Of a stretch of DNA of 64,000 nucleotides, positions 30,081-42,256 are shown piece after piece. Below the pieces are notes generated by a model. It ran no database searches. It saw nothing but the letters and a program-made list of their open reading frames with translations, and was not told the DNA's origin. The DNA is taken from positions 89,128-153,127 of the forward strand of contig JADHUR010000001.1 in NCBI GenBank assembly GCA_016784445.1, in the 5' to 3' direction. Positions within the stretch are counted from its first letter, which is position 1. Each line of letters opens with the position of its first letter. The DNA is from Patescibacteria group bacterium (lineage in GTDB: Bacteria > Patescibacteriota > Patescibacteriia > UBA1558). Position numbers and translations under genes: made by a program.

Positions 30081-31781
30081 CTATAAATCTTTACGTAGTA
30101 GGCAAGCCATTCCTCTTCCTCTGGCAAATGTATATGCTGGAGTTACATCTGCTCTAGATATATCTCTCCACCATGGATACCTATCCCTTAATTGAGATTC
30201 GAATTTCAAGAAAAACTGTCTCACCTCATGATTTACGCTATACTTTGTACGTTGCCAATTACAAAATTCCCACTGTCTTAAATTTGATCCCATTATAAAA
30301 GGAACTAAAGTACCGAGAGCTAATGGATATTCCTTCAAATGTTTAGGTACGCCCTTCTCTGTCATTTCATCAAATAATTCCTTATTGAGTTTATGAATTC
30401 TTTCAAACTGCTCATGTAATATATCTGGAGCTGGTTTGTCATATTTATAGAAACCATTGGCTGGATTTAAATAACCACGACGATGAGTACTCATACCCAT
30501 TCTCTGTAAATCTCTCCAACCTCTGAAGCTCATCTTACTTCCAAAAACTACATTAATAACCTCAAATTCTCTATAAAGCTTATCGTATTCTGAGCGAGGT
30601 ATAGTATTTAGCTTAGCAATTACAGATGTCCAATCCTTACAATCCTGAAATCCAGCTTTACGTCTCATAATATCATATAGCGCATTCTCACTAAAGCCAA
30701 TATCAGGTATATGAACAAATTCTTCATTCTTATCGTCTAATAAATAACCCCAGCCACTCTTTTCCCAATCAGTTATATCTAAATGTCTTAAGAATTGTGT
30801 AGCTCCTATCTTATTTGCTTCTTCGATAAAAAGTTCAACAGCTGCTTGAAATTCTGGATTCTTATCTAATTGCAAATGATGGATTAAGCTTGGTAATGCT
30901 TCACCAGATATTCCCATACCAACAGATGTTAAAGTTGCTGATGGTAATAAATTACCTAGCACATCCCATGTCTCCCCCATAATTCCTTGTTCTAAATCAC
31001 TTCCAGTAAAACCAGCCTTTGAATAATGCTCTTTAAGAAAACTTGGCATAGGACCATCCATATCTTCTCCTTGTAGTTTTCTATATGCTGCAAAACTTTC
31101 ATTCAATACATTCAAAACCTTTTCTTCAGATATTCCATACTCTGCAAGTTCCTTTTCAATTGGATAAAGATCCTTACCTGCCATATCTACATAACGCGTA
31201 CTTAGTTCAATATATCCAGCTCCAGGTCTTGTCCATTCCAAAGATTTAGCTAACAATATTGAAATATGTTCAAAACAAACATATAACATTGCTGGTCTTG
31301 CAATAGAATTATGGCCATACTTATCTAACCAGGTTGAGAGAAATACTCTCATCTTCTTACTCTGAGCAACTTCTTGTAAGAAACCAACATCAATAGACAT
31401 CTTCGTCATAAAATCTTCAAATATCTGTTTCGTATCATCTGAATGATCAATAAAATCATCTAATGTCTCAATCTTATTCTCTTTTAAAAACTTCATCTGA
31501 TTACCATCAAATTTTTCCTGACATTCAGCAATGAAAGCAGATAGAACTTGTGGTAAAAAATTATCTACCATCATACCCCTTAAACCACGTGTATTTCGCA
31601 GTCGAGAATACATTGCCATAAGAACGGTAATCATATTTACTGGCAAGCTATGTATAAAAAAAATACGACCATCTCTATTTGTAAAAAAATGATCAACAAC
31701 TCTCAACTCCTGCTCAGTCCATTTAAATGACAATGATGAATTTATATATGCTTTAGCATGTTTTAATAATTTTTCTTCCAT
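30081..31781 (-). CDS. thyX: FAD-dependent thymidylate synthase, long two-domain form
   Basis: YGHNSIA, ELSTRYVD, RDLQR, second Thy1 domain; lies in a dTTP operon. Confidence 0.82.
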   Translation of the reverse strand: MEEKLLKHAKAYINSSLSFKWTEQELRVVDHFFTNRDGRIFFIHSLPVNMITVLMAMYSRLRNTRGLRGMMVDNFLPQVLSAFIAECQEKFDGNQMKFLKENKIETLDDFIDHSDDTKQIFEDFMTKMSIDVGFLQEVAQSKKMRVFLSTWLDKYGHNSIARPAMLYVCFEHISILLAKSLEWTRPGAGYIELSTRYVDMAGKDLYPIEKELAEYGISEEKVLNVLNESFAAYRKLQGEDMDGPMPSFLKEHYSKAGFTGSDLEQGIMGETWDVLGNLLPSATLTSVGMGISGEALPSLIHHLQLDKNPEFQAAVELFIEEANKIGATQFLRHLDITDWEKSGWGYLLDDKNEEFVHIPDIGFSENALYDIMRRKAGFQDCKDWTSVIAKLNTIPRSEYDKLYREFEVINVVFGSKMSFRGWRDLQRMGMSTHRRGYLNPANGFYKYDKPAPDILHEQFERIHKLNKELFDEMTEKGVPKHLKEYPLALGTLVPFIMGSNLRQWEFCNWQRTKYSVNHEVRQFFLKFESQLRDRYPWWRDISRADVTPAYTFARGRGMACLLRKDL

Positions 31782-31783
31782 AT

Positions 31784-32407
31784 TTATTTATCTTCTAATA
31801 ATTTCTTAACTCTTTCCCAAATAAGCTCATGTATTTCTTCAATACTCTTTTCACCATCTATTATAACAACTAAATTCTTCCACTCATCCCTTTCCCAAAG
31901 CTCGCTATATGATTCATGAATTTTAGATAATGAATCTTCTTTATCGAAATATTCTGGCTTACCATTTTTAGCCAATCTTTCAACTGCTACTTTAGCTGGT
32001 AAATCTAAATAAATATTTAAATCCGGTATTGGCATATCCTTATGCCACTCTCTAATAATATCATAGTCAACCCCAAAAGCCGTACCATAGGCTATAGTTG
32101 AAAACATATATCTATTTTCAACTACTGTAGCGCCCACCTCAAGCATCGGACCTATCATCTTCTCTACATGTTCTTTACGATCTTCATAATATATATACTG
32201 CATTTCTTTACGTGCTGGTGCTGGTAATTCGTGAACAAGAATTCTTCTAAGACGCTTTCCAGGCTCAAAAGTATAAGTTGGTTCAAGTCCTAGAAACAAT
32301 TGATGCCCCTCACCTTGTAATTTCTTAGACAATAAAGCAACTTGCGTATCCTTACCGCAACCATCGATTCCTTCAAAATTTATAAACAAACCTTTTTTGT
32401 TTTCCAT
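31784..32407 (-). CDS. tmk: Thymidylate kinase
   Basis: FINFEGIDGCGKDTQ, EP, NRYMFSTIAYG, PDL. Confidence 0.92.
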   Translation of the reverse strand: MENKKGLFINFEGIDGCGKDTQVALLSKKLQGEGHQLFLGLEPTYTFEPGKRLRRILVHELPAPARKEMQYIYYEDRKEHVEKMIGPMLEVGATVVENRYMFSTIAYGTAFGVDYDIIREWHKDMPIPDLNIYLDLPAKVAVERLAKNGKPEYFDKEDSLSKIHESYSELWERDEWKNLVVIIDGEKSIEEIHELIWERVKKLLEDK

Positions 32408-32422
32408 ATTATATATTATTAA

Positions 32423-32845
32423 TTATTTACCCGTACTACCAAATGCCCCATCTCCCCTACTTGTATCAGATAATTCATCTACCTCTACAAGCTCTGGACT
32501 TAGAACTGGTTGTATCAATAATTGTGCTAATTTTTCACCCTTCTTAAATTCATAGGCTTCTTTACTTGTATTTAACATTACAACTCCAAACTCTCCTCTA
32601 TATATTGAATCAATAACACCTGCTAATGTATGAATACCATACTTTGATGCAATTCCAGATTTATCCCAAAATAGTCCTACATGACCATTCGGAATCTCCA
32701 TAGCAAAACCTAATTTAAATAAATATCTTTCTCCTGGCTCCATTATTTTATCTTCTAATGAGTATACATCCATTCCTGCATCGCCAATATTTGCATAACT
32801 TGGTAACTTAATATCTGGATTTAATTTTTTAATATTAATCTTCAT
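32423..32845 (-). CDS. dut: Trimeric dUTPase
   Basis: AGMD, KSG, GVIDSIYRGE, AQL, RGDGAFGSTG. Confidence 0.95.
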   Translation of the reverse strand: MKINIKKLNPDIKLPSYANIGDAGMDVYSLEDKIMEPGERYLFKLGFAMEIPNGHVGLFWDKSGIASKYGIHTLAGVIDSIYRGEFGVVMLNTSKEAYEFKKGEKLAQLLIQPVLSPELVEVDELSDTSRGDGAFGSTGK

Positions 32846-33425
32846 TGTTAATTATATTAAATATCTTTTTAATTTTATCTTGAAAATCTTCTAAAGACCC
32901 TTCATTTATAATTGTATAATCTCCCATTGCAATTGGACCTGCTTTTTCAATATTTTCTATCTCTGCATAATCTCTTGCTTTTGCTGCTTCTAAAGTTGCT
33001 GAACGATGAATCATCTTTGGATCATCACCATATTTATCTGCCCTATTTGTAAGTCTTGCATAACGTATCTTTGGTGAAGCTATAATAGATATAATTATTA
33101 AATCATCTCCAAACTTCTCCTTTAAAACTTTATACTCTGACCAACTATATAAACCATCACCAATAACATTACCCCTCGCTAGCCCTTCTTCAAATTTGGG
33201 CATATTCAATATAGCAAAGGCAGCTGGACCATGTTCCTTTCTAAAAGCTTCACGAATAGGTCTTTCATTCTCTTCTGTTGGCTCTAAACCTCTTTTCTTA
33301 ACCTCATCTAATGTTAATTGACCAAAGCGAACATAATAATAATTTTTTTCAGTAAAATAATTTGCGACTTCTGTTTTACCAGAACCCGTCAAACCAACTA
33401 TGCAAATTAATTTATTCTTTTTCAT
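32835..33425 (-). CDS. P-loop nucleoside monophosphate kinase (dephospho-CoA kinase-like/UPF0200)
   Basis: CIVGLTGSGKT, DGLYSWSEY, RDYAEIE. Confidence 0.75.
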   Translation of the reverse strand: MKKNKLICIVGLTGSGKTEVANYFTEKNYYYVRFGQLTLDEVKKRGLEPTEENERPIREAFRKEHGPAAFAILNMPKFEEGLARGNVIGDGLYSWSEYKVLKEKFGDDLIIISIIASPKIRYARLTNRADKYGDDPKMIHRSATLEAAKARDYAEIENIEKAGPIAMGDYTIINEGSLEDFQDKIKKIFNIINNED

Positions 33426-33912
33426 ATTCCTGAACTCTATCTGTTAATACGGTGAAATCTATACCAGCTTTATCTAACATCTCTCTACTATATCCAGCTG
33501 TTGGATACTTTTTCTCACAGACAACTCTTTTTATACCAGCTGCTATTATTAGACGAGCACAAACAGGACATGGCTCCATACTAATATATATACTAGCTCC
33601 TTCTAGAGACACACCTTTTCTAGCTCCATAAGCTATTGCATTTTGTTCAGCGTGTAATGTTCTTACACAATGATCATGAAATTCTCCCGAGTCATCATTC
33701 TCAACTGTTGACTTTGTAATTAAATGACCAGCCTCATCACAATCTGGAAGTCCAGATGGTGCTCCAACATAACCCGTAGATAAAATATGATTATCTTTTG
33801 TAATAACACAACCCGCCCTACCACGACCACAAGTTGCTCTCAATGAAACAGCTTCTCTAATTTTCATGAAGTATTCATCCCAACTTGGTCTAACAAATTT
33901 TTCTTCAACCAT
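33412..33912 (-). CDS. dCMP deaminase (ComEB family)
   Basis: RPSWDEYFM, HAEQNAI, PCPVC; likely start MVEEK. Confidence 0.92.
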   Translation of the reverse strand: MVEEKFVRPSWDEYFMKIREAVSLRATCGRGRAGCVITKDNHILSTGYVGAPSGLPDCDEAGHLITKSTVENDDSGEFHDHCVRTLHAEQNAIAYGARKGVSLEGASIYISMEPCPVCARLIIAAGIKRVVCEKKYPTAGYSREMLDKAGIDFTVLTDRVQEYEKE

Positions 33913-34054
33913 ATATTTATAATTAATATTCTTTTTCCATTTTACCACACTATGCAAACTATTTGCCAAATGTGGATAAAACAACATTAAATACCCTATT
34001 TTTAATAAAAAACTAGACAATTAATTGTCTAGTTTTTAGAGTATTGCATATTAA

Positions 34055-34495
34055 TTATGCAGATAACTTATCATGAGCATGTTGAATAGTTTTTAGAAAT
34101 TCATCCTTAGACATATCATCCCCAATAACTCCAGGAGCCCATTCAAATGCTGGCCGTTCCTTATCTGCCATCCGTTGATCAAAAACTTCCCTTGAAACAA
34201 CATTTAAACGCTCAGCATCTGACTTAGAAGCATCGAAAGCAAACTTTCCATCCTGACTAACTAAAACTTGTCCGCTTCCCAATTTGCTCTTTCTTGGAGA
34301 AAGTGTTTCCCATACTTCCTTGATAAGATCTTTGTCTGTACAGACAACCATCTTACCAGTTTCAGGAATAACTGCTGGATGAAACCCCATAAGACCATGA
34401 TCTAATTCCAAAAAATAACCTGTAGCAATTGATAATTTAGATCGCTCTACATCTGAGAGTTCATTCAAAAAAACAACTTCTTTAACCTTACTCAT
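34055..34495 (-). CDS. Hypothetical orphan protein
   Basis: 146-aa ORF, AAGGAGG RBS, terminators on both sides. Confidence 0.6.
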   Translation of the reverse strand: MSKVKEVVFLNELSDVERSKLSIATGYFLELDHGLMGFHPAVIPETGKMVVCTDKDLIKEVWETLSPRKSKLGSGQVLVSQDGKFAFDASKSDAERLNVVSREVFDQRMADKERPAFEWAPGVIGDDMSKDEFLKTIQHAHDKLSA

Positions 34496-34574
34496 TCTAT
34501 TCCTCCTTTATATTCCAATGTTCGTCTAACTTTCTTAGTTAATCATAATATATAGATAATTACAAGCTGTAATC

Positions 34575-34601
34575 AAAAAACCGCCAAATAGGCGGTTTTT
34601 T
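34575..34601 (-). terminator. Terminator after rplA
   Basis: AAAAAACCGCC-AAATA-GGCGGTTTTTT. Confidence 0.8.
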
Positions 34602-34621
34602 CTATCTAAGTAATATTTACT

Positions 34622-35299
34622 TTATTGAATAGCAATCTGTATACTAGGTCCCATTGATGAAGTTACGTATATAGCTTTAATAAATGCACCCTTAACACCA
34701 TCTGGTTTAGATTTCTTAAGCTCTTCGGTAAAAGCATTAACATTTTCAATTAAAAGCTTATCTTCAAATGAAACTTTTCCAACAGCAATATGTAAATTGC
34801 CACTGGTATCATTTTTGAAACTAATCATTCCTGAATTAAGTTCTTTAATAACTTTAGCAGGATCTGGAGTAATAGTACCAGCCTTTGGATTTGGCATTAA
34901 ACCTTTTTGCCCAAGGTTCTTAGCAATAACTGCAAGCTTAGCCATCATATCTGGCGTTGCTATAACGATATCAAAATCTGTTTTACCAGTTTTTTTAATT
35001 TCATTAATTAAATCTTCTCCGCCAGCTACAACTGCTCCAGCAGCTTCAGCTTCTTTTACCTTATCTGGACTTACAAAAGCAGCAATACGCTTTGTCTGGC
35101 CAGTACCATGAGGCAAGTGTAATGAAGCGCGCATTTGTTGATCTGATTTCTTAGGATCAATATTAAGCTTTGCATGAACTTCTACTGTAGCATCAAACTT
35201 TACCTTACTTGTTTCTTTAACAAGAGTAATAGCTTCTTCTATAGTATATTTCTTTTCTTGATCTATTTTTTCTTTTGCTTCTTTTAATCTCTTTGACAT
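34622..35299 (-). CDS. rplA: 50S ribosomal protein L1
   Basis: KFDATVE, LPHGTG, GLMPNPKAGT, SSMGP. Confidence 0.96.
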   Translation of the reverse strand: MSKRLKEAKEKIDQEKKYTIEEAITLVKETSKVKFDATVEVHAKLNIDPKKSDQQMRASLHLPHGTGQTKRIAAFVSPDKVKEAEAAGAVVAGGEDLINEIKKTGKTDFDIVIATPDMMAKLAVIAKNLGQKGLMPNPKAGTITPDPAKVIKELNSGMISFKNDTSGNLHIAVGKVSFEDKLLIENVNAFTEELKKSKPDGVKGAFIKAIYVTSSMGPSIQIAIQ

Positions 35300-35313
35300 A
35301 ATTTTTTCTTTAT

Positions 35314-35345
35314 GTGGTACAAGCCCCTAAATAATAAGGTCCCAC
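35314..35345 (-). promoter_or_regulatory. L1-binding autoregulatory RNA leader of rplA
   Basis: GTGGGACCTT..AGGGGCTTGTACCAC resembles the L1 operator (GUGGGA..ACCAC) just before the rplA start. Confidence 0.65.
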
Positions 35346-35358
35346 TTTAATTAATATA

Positions 35359-35802
35359 TTAAGCTTTACGCTTTCTATCTCTTTTAATAACAGTCCAATG
35401 ATACATATATAGAGGTAAGCCAACAAGTATTAGAGAAATAGCACGACTTGCTTGTCTTTCTCTAGACTGTCTCTGATAATCTATTTTCTCAACATCTTTC
35501 TGACTTTCTTGCCATGTTTTATAATCTATAAGCCAATTATCTATTTGTTCAAGTTGAGAATCTGTTAAATTACAGTCTGTACCACATTCACTTAAATTCT
35601 CTACCTTAGATAATTCTTGATCAAAAGCCATTGAAACAGGACGTCCATAATCATAACCATAATTATTATTAACATCAGCATACTTAAAGACAAATACTTT
35701 AAGTCCTAAATCTACTAATTGTCCTGTACCTATAACAAGAACTGCTAGTCCAACCAAAGCAAACAAATACAGATAAATTGTCCTAATAAAATTGTCCTTC
35801 AT
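35359..35802 (-). CDS. Two-TM hypothetical protein (DUF5671-like) between rplK and rplA
   Basis: IRTIYLYLFALVGL..ILVGLPLYMYHW. Confidence 0.65.
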   Translation of the reverse strand: MKDNFIRTIYLYLFALVGLAVLVIGTGQLVDLGLKVFVFKYADVNNNYGYDYGRPVSMAFDQELSKVENLSECGTDCNLTDSQLEQIDNWLIDYKTWQESQKDVEKIDYQRQSRERQASRAISLILVGLPLYMYHWTVIKRDRKRKA

Positions 35803-35823
35803 ATTTTTGATATTAATAATGAA

Positions 35824-36252
35824 TTATTTTCTATCTACTATCAGACCCATCTGACGAGCAGTACCCTCCACAATTTTCATTGCAGCTTCAATATCATTTG
35901 CATTAAGATCTGGCATCTTAATTTCAGCAATCTCTCTGATCTTATCTTCTGAAATTTTACCAATCTTTTCTTTTAATGGTGAACCAGAACCCTTTTTAAT
36001 TCCAGCCGCTTTCTTAAGTAGTTCAGCTGCTGGTGGAGTCTTAGTTTTAAAATCAAAACTACGATCTTCATAAATAGTAATCTCAACTGGGATAATATCC
36101 CCCATTTTATCTTTGGTCTCTTCATTAAAACGATTACAGAAATCTTGAATTGGCACACCATGCTGACCAAGAGCAGGGCCTACTGGAGGAGCTGGATTTG
36201 CTTTACCACCAGGAATCTGTAACTTTAATATTGCTTTTACTTCTTTTGCCAT
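35824..36252 (-). CDS. rplK: 50S ribosomal protein L11
   Basis: [23 protein letters not shown]. Confidence 0.97.
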   Translation of the reverse strand: MAKEVKAILKLQIPGGKANPAPPVGPALGQHGVPIQDFCNRFNEETKDKMGDIIPVEITIYEDRSFDFKTKTPPAAELLKKAAGIKKGSGSPLKEKIGKISEDKIREIAEIKMPDLNANDIEAAMKIVEGTARQMGLIVDRK

Positions 36253-36264
36253 ATTATTATTTAA

Positions 36265-36810
36265 TTATATTTTCTTAATTTGTAAAAAGTCTAATTCAAC
36301 AGGTGTTTCACGTCCAAACATTGAAACAAGTACTTTAACTTTACCCCTTGCTTCATCTATATCTGCTACTTTACCCTCATAATCTTTAAATGGTCCATCA
36401 ACAATCTTAACAGGACTTCCTTTAGAAACATCAATCTTATATACCGGTTCTTCAACGCCCATTCTCTTTTGTAGAGATTTAACCTCTGCTTCAGAAATCG
36501 GAGTTGGAGTTGTACCAGATCCAACAAATCCTGTAACATTTGGGGTATTACGTACTACATACCATGAATCGTCATTAACTATCATATTAACAAGAACATA
36601 GCCAGGGAAAATCTTTTCTCTAACTGTCTTTCTTTTACCATTTCTAATCTTAATCTTAGTTTCAGTAGGAATAAGGACGTCAAAAATTCTGTCCTCCATA
36701 TCCATAGATTCTATTCTCTGCATCAAATTTCTTTGAACATTCTCTTCATAGCCTGAATATGTATGTAAGACATACCAACGACGACCTTGTTGTAAAGTTT
36801 GTTTTGCCAT
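36265..36810 (-). CDS. nusG: Transcription factor NusG
   Basis: WYVLHTYSGYE, FPGYV, VRNTPNVTGF, MFGRETPVEL. Confidence 0.97.
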   Translation of the reverse strand: MAKQTLQQGRRWYVLHTYSGYEENVQRNLMQRIESMDMEDRIFDVLIPTETKIKIRNGKRKTVREKIFPGYVLVNMIVNDDSWYVVRNTPNVTGFVGSGTTPTPISEAEVKSLQKRMGVEEPVYKIDVSKGSPVKIVDGPFKDYEGKVADIDEARGKVKVLVSMFGRETPVELDFLQIKKI

Positions 36811-36831
36811 AACTATTTAAATTAATTATGA

Positions 36832-37011
36832 TTAAATTATTGTTCCAATAGCAAGATTAAGTAGAAAATCTACTAATCCTAAGAAAACCGCAACAAATAA
36901 AGACACTCCAATAACAATCATAGAGTGTTTAATTACCTCTTTCTTAGTTGGCCAAGCTACTTTTTTGAGCTCTGCCTTACTATCTTTCAAATATTGTGTA
37001 AATTTACCCAT
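36832..37011 (-). CDS. secE: Preprotein translocase SecE; absent from ORF track
   Basis: Manual translation MGKFTQYLKDSKAELKKVAWPTKKEVIKHSMIVIGVSLFVAVFLGLVD..; upstream of nusG. Confidence 0.93.
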   Translation of the reverse strand: MGKFTQYLKDSKAELKKVAWPTKKEVIKHSMIVIGVSLFVAVFLGLVDFLLNLAIGTII

Positions 37012-37172
37012 TTTTCTTTATTTTTAGAAATTTAAGGTTTTAAAAACAGCCTTACGGCCATCTGATGAGATAATACAATATATATCAAAATAAATCAAGG
37101 GCATAAAGTTTTCCCCAAGGAAAAGACTAAGTTTTGATTATGTGATAAAATTAGTTCGTAATAATTACACTT

Positions 37173-37871
37173 ATGCCTAAAACAATAGTAGTACTACCTG
37201 CATATAATGCAGCTAAGACACTTAGAAAAACTGTAAATGATATACCATCTGAATATGTAGATGAGATTATTTTAGTTGATGATTATAGTAATGATGAAAC
37301 AATAACGGTTGCAAAAGAACTAGGTCTTACTATTAAGAAGCATGATACAAATAAAGGTTATGGTGCTAATCAAAAGACTTGTTATACAACAGCTCTTGAA
37401 CATGGTGCAGATATTATTGTAATGCTTCATCCAGATTATCAATATGATCCTAAAGTTATTAAATACTTTGTAGAATTTATTAATGATAGATATTTCGATG
37501 TCATGCTTGGCTCTAGAATTAGATCTAGAAAAGAAGCGCTTGCTGGTGGCATGCCAAGGTATAAATATTTCTTTAATAGATTATTATCTTTACTTGAAAA
37601 TATTGTAACAGGTTATAATTTATCTGAATGGCATACTGGAATGAGAGCATATAAGAAAGAAGTATTGAAAAGTATAGATTATAAAAACCTTTCCGATGAT
37701 TTTGTTTTTGATAGCCAAGTGTTATTTAATATTGTAAAGAAAGATTTTAAGATTGGAGATATACCTGTGCCAGTTAGATACTTTCCAGAAGCTTCTAGTA
37801 TTAATTTAAGTCGTAGTATTAAGTATGGTCTGCAAACTGTTTGGGAAGCAATTAAATTTATTTTTAAATAA
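37173..37871 (+). CDS. GT2 glycosyltransferase (polyprenol-phosphate sugar synthase-like)
   Basis: VLPAYNAA, LVDDYS.D, GYGANQK, HPDYQYDP, GSR. Confidence 0.88.
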   Translation: MPKTIVVLPAYNAAKTLRKTVNDIPSEYVDEIILVDDYSNDETITVAKELGLTIKKHDTNKGYGANQKTCYTTALEHGADIIVMLHPDYQYDPKVIKYFVEFINDRYFDVMLGSRIRSRKEALAGGMPRYKYFFNRLLSLLENIVTGYNLSEWHTGMRAYKKEVLKSIDYKNLSDDFVFDSQVLFNIVKKDFKIGDIPVPVRYFPEASSINLSRSIKYGLQTVWEAIKFIFK

Positions 37872-39542
37872 ATGTTACAATTAAAAAAGATTTATAATAT
37901 TTTTTTTAAATCTAAATGGCAACCAATATTACTAATTGTAATCATTGGTTTTTTACTATATATTCCTTCACTTGGTTATGACTATCATTATCTAGATGAT
38001 AATATTTTAATAAAAGATAATTTCTATAAAATAAATAATCTCTCATATATCACCGACGCTTTCAAAGAAGGAGTATTCCCCGGAAGAGCTGATTCGGATA
38101 TTTACTACCGTCCATTATTAACTGTCAGCTTTATCATTGATGCCCAATTTGGTAATGAATCTTTAATATCCTTCCACTTTACAAATATACTACTTCACTT
38201 AATTTCTAGCTGTCTAATATTCTTAATATTATTAAAACTGGGAGTTAAAAAACAATTTGCGTGGTTATTTAGCTTAATATTTGTAATCCATCCAATTAAT
38301 GTCCACGCTGTTTCTTGGATACCAGGTCGTAATGACCCATTACTAGCTATAATGTTTATAGGTGCTTTCTTGAGCTTTTTACATTTTCTTAAATCAAAAA
38401 AGATTTGGCAATATATTCTATATATTATTCTATTCTTTCTAAGCCTACTCACGAAAGAAACGGCATTAGTATTACCTATTCTTACACTTATATATCTTTA
38501 TCTTATTCATAGAGAAAAAATATTCTCTAAGTTTAGTATCATTAATTTCATTGTACTAGCATCTACAACTGTAGCTTGGTTTATAATACGTAATATCGCT
38601 ATGGGTAAAGCTATAGCAGAAGATTATAATATTATCTCAAGTCTCTTGCAAAACTCCCCTGCTATTTTTTCCTACTTAGGTAAAATACTATTTATTCATA
38701 ACTTATCTGTCTTTCCAATAATTTCTGACCTTCCCCTGATATTTGGCATTATTACGTTTATAGCCCTTACTGTGGCTATATACTTTAGTAAGAATGTTAA
38801 ATGGTCAAATATAGTATTTGGAGCACTTTGGTTTCTAGGTACCCTAGCACCTTCAATGATTAAGACTGTGAGTACTCAAGCGCAAGTAGTAGAATTTGCA
38901 GAACACCGAGTCTATTTATCTTTACTGGGATTAATAATAATATTATCTCAAATTAATATTCCCATAAAGAAATATAAGAATATATTTATTATTTTAATGA
39001 TTATTACCTGCAGTCTATTCCTTGCGAAATCTATAACACATAGTAAGGTGTATGAGAACAAAACAACATTCTGGACTAATGCAGTCGAATATTCTCCTTC
39101 ATCTGCATTTAATCATAATAATTTAGGAGCAATGTATTATTTAGATGGGAATTATAATTTAGCTGAAAAAGAATGGGTAAAAGCCTCTAAACTAAATCCT
39201 CAAGAAAAATTAGTACAGAATAATCTAGGGCTTATATATGCAAGTAAAAAGGAATACGATAAAGCTTATACGGCTTACATGGCAGAACTAGCAATTAACC
39301 CAGACTATCCGAATACACATTTTAATCTTGGGCTACTGCTATATAATACAAATAATATAGAGCAAGGTATAAGTGAATGGGAAACAACTATTAAACTAGA
39401 TCCAGAATATTTCGCAGCTTATGAATATCTAGCAACTCATTATATTAATGAAAAGGACATATCTAAAGCCCAAAAATACATTAATCAGATGATTAAACTT
39501 GGTGCGACTCCTTCGAAACGATTATTAGATATTTTAGAATAG
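37872..39542 (+). CDS. TMTC-like GT-C membrane glycosyltransferase with C-terminal TPRs
   Basis: LDD, YYRPL, HFTNILLH, WIPGRND, KETA, AEHRVYL, ~11 TM then TPRs. Confidence 0.8.
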   Translation: MLQLKKIYNIFFKSKWQPILLIVIIGFLLYIPSLGYDYHYLDDNILIKDNFYKINNLSYITDAFKEGVFPGRADSDIYYRPLLTVSFIIDAQFGNESLISFHFTNILLHLISSCLIFLILLKLGVKKQFAWLFSLIFVIHPINVHAVSWIPGRNDPLLAIMFIGAFLSFLHFLKSKKIWQYILYIILFFLSLLTKETALVLPILTLIYLYLIHREKIFSKFSIINFIVLASTTVAWFIIRNIAMGKAIAEDYNIISSLLQNSPAIFSYLGKILFIHNLSVFPIISDLPLIFGIITFIALTVAIYFSKNVKWSNIVFGALWFLGTLAPSMIKTVSTQAQVVEFAEHRVYLSLLGLIIILSQINIPIKKYKNIFIILMIITCSLFLAKSITHSKVYENKTTFWTNAVEYSPSSAFNHNNLGAMYYLDGNYNLAEKEWVKASKLNPQEKLVQNNLGLIYASKKEYDKAYTAYMAELAINPDYPNTHFNLGLLLYNTNNIEQGISEWETTIKLDPEYFAAYEYLATHYINEKDISKAQKYINQMIKLGATPSKRLLDILE

Positions 39543-39549
39543 ATCAAAT

Positions 39550-39580
39550 AAAAAAGAGATACAGATGTATCTCTTTTTTT
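39550..39580. terminator. Bidirectional terminator between TMTC-like gene and gyrB
   Basis: AAAAAAGAGATACA/TGTATCTCTTTTTT. Confidence 0.75.
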
Positions 39581-39593
39581 TATTATATAAAAT

Positions 39594-41636
<2,043 letters not shown>

Positions 41637-41793
41637 TTATATAATTTAATACAAAAAAAATAATGATTACTTATTGTCTTTTTATCCAGAAATCATGTAT
41701 TTCTACCCTTAGATAATAGCATATTTTAGGGTAAAAAACAACCCCATTTCTATACACGAAAAGGGGCTATTTTACAGTAAAATTTTAAGTATT

Positions 41794-42255
41794 TTAAGGC
41801 GTTGGAATATTCATATTATCCTTATCTTTCTCAAGTTTTAAAGCCTGCTTTTTCTTCTTCTCTTCCATGCTAATTCTCTTTTTCTCATCTTGCATTCTCT
41901 TCTTCTCAGCCTTTAATGCAAATTTAGCAGCTCGTGCTTCTCTTAGTCTTTCTTCTACAATAGTTCTATCTTCAAACAAAACAATAATTCCACCAAAATA
42001 TCCTGCAATAAAATTATATACAATACCAGCAAGGAGCCCAATAATAAAGGCAATAAAACCAACAATAATACTAACTAGCACTGTAGCAATTATTCCTGAT
42101 CCAAATCCTAGGAAATCAAGGCCCGTAATTGAACCAAGTCCAAAAATCAGAACAATTAAATTAATAATTATACCTATTAACAAATATATCCCTCCAGTTA
42201 TTAATCCAATTACTTTGGCTAGAGAGACAGCATCAATTTTGACAATCTCTTTCAT
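41794..42255 (-). CDS. Two-TM protein (DUF3566-like) with charged coiled-coil tail
   Basis: KIDAVSLAKV..VYNFIAGYFGGI. Confidence 0.55.
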   Translation of the reverse strand: MKEIVKIDAVSLAKVIGLITGGIYLLIGIIINLIVLIFGLGSITGLDFLGFGSGIIATVLVSIIVGFIAFIIGLLAGIVYNFIAGYFGGIIVLFEDRTIVEERLREARAAKFALKAEKKRMQDEKKRISMEEKKKKQALKLEKDKDNMNIPTP

Positions 42256-42256
42256 A

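Noticed and set aside
34006-34037. Perfect palindromes (also 7760, 14314, 15219) as MITE or REP elements
   Set aside because: They share no sequence with each other and sit right after gene ends with A/T tails, as ordinary terminators do.
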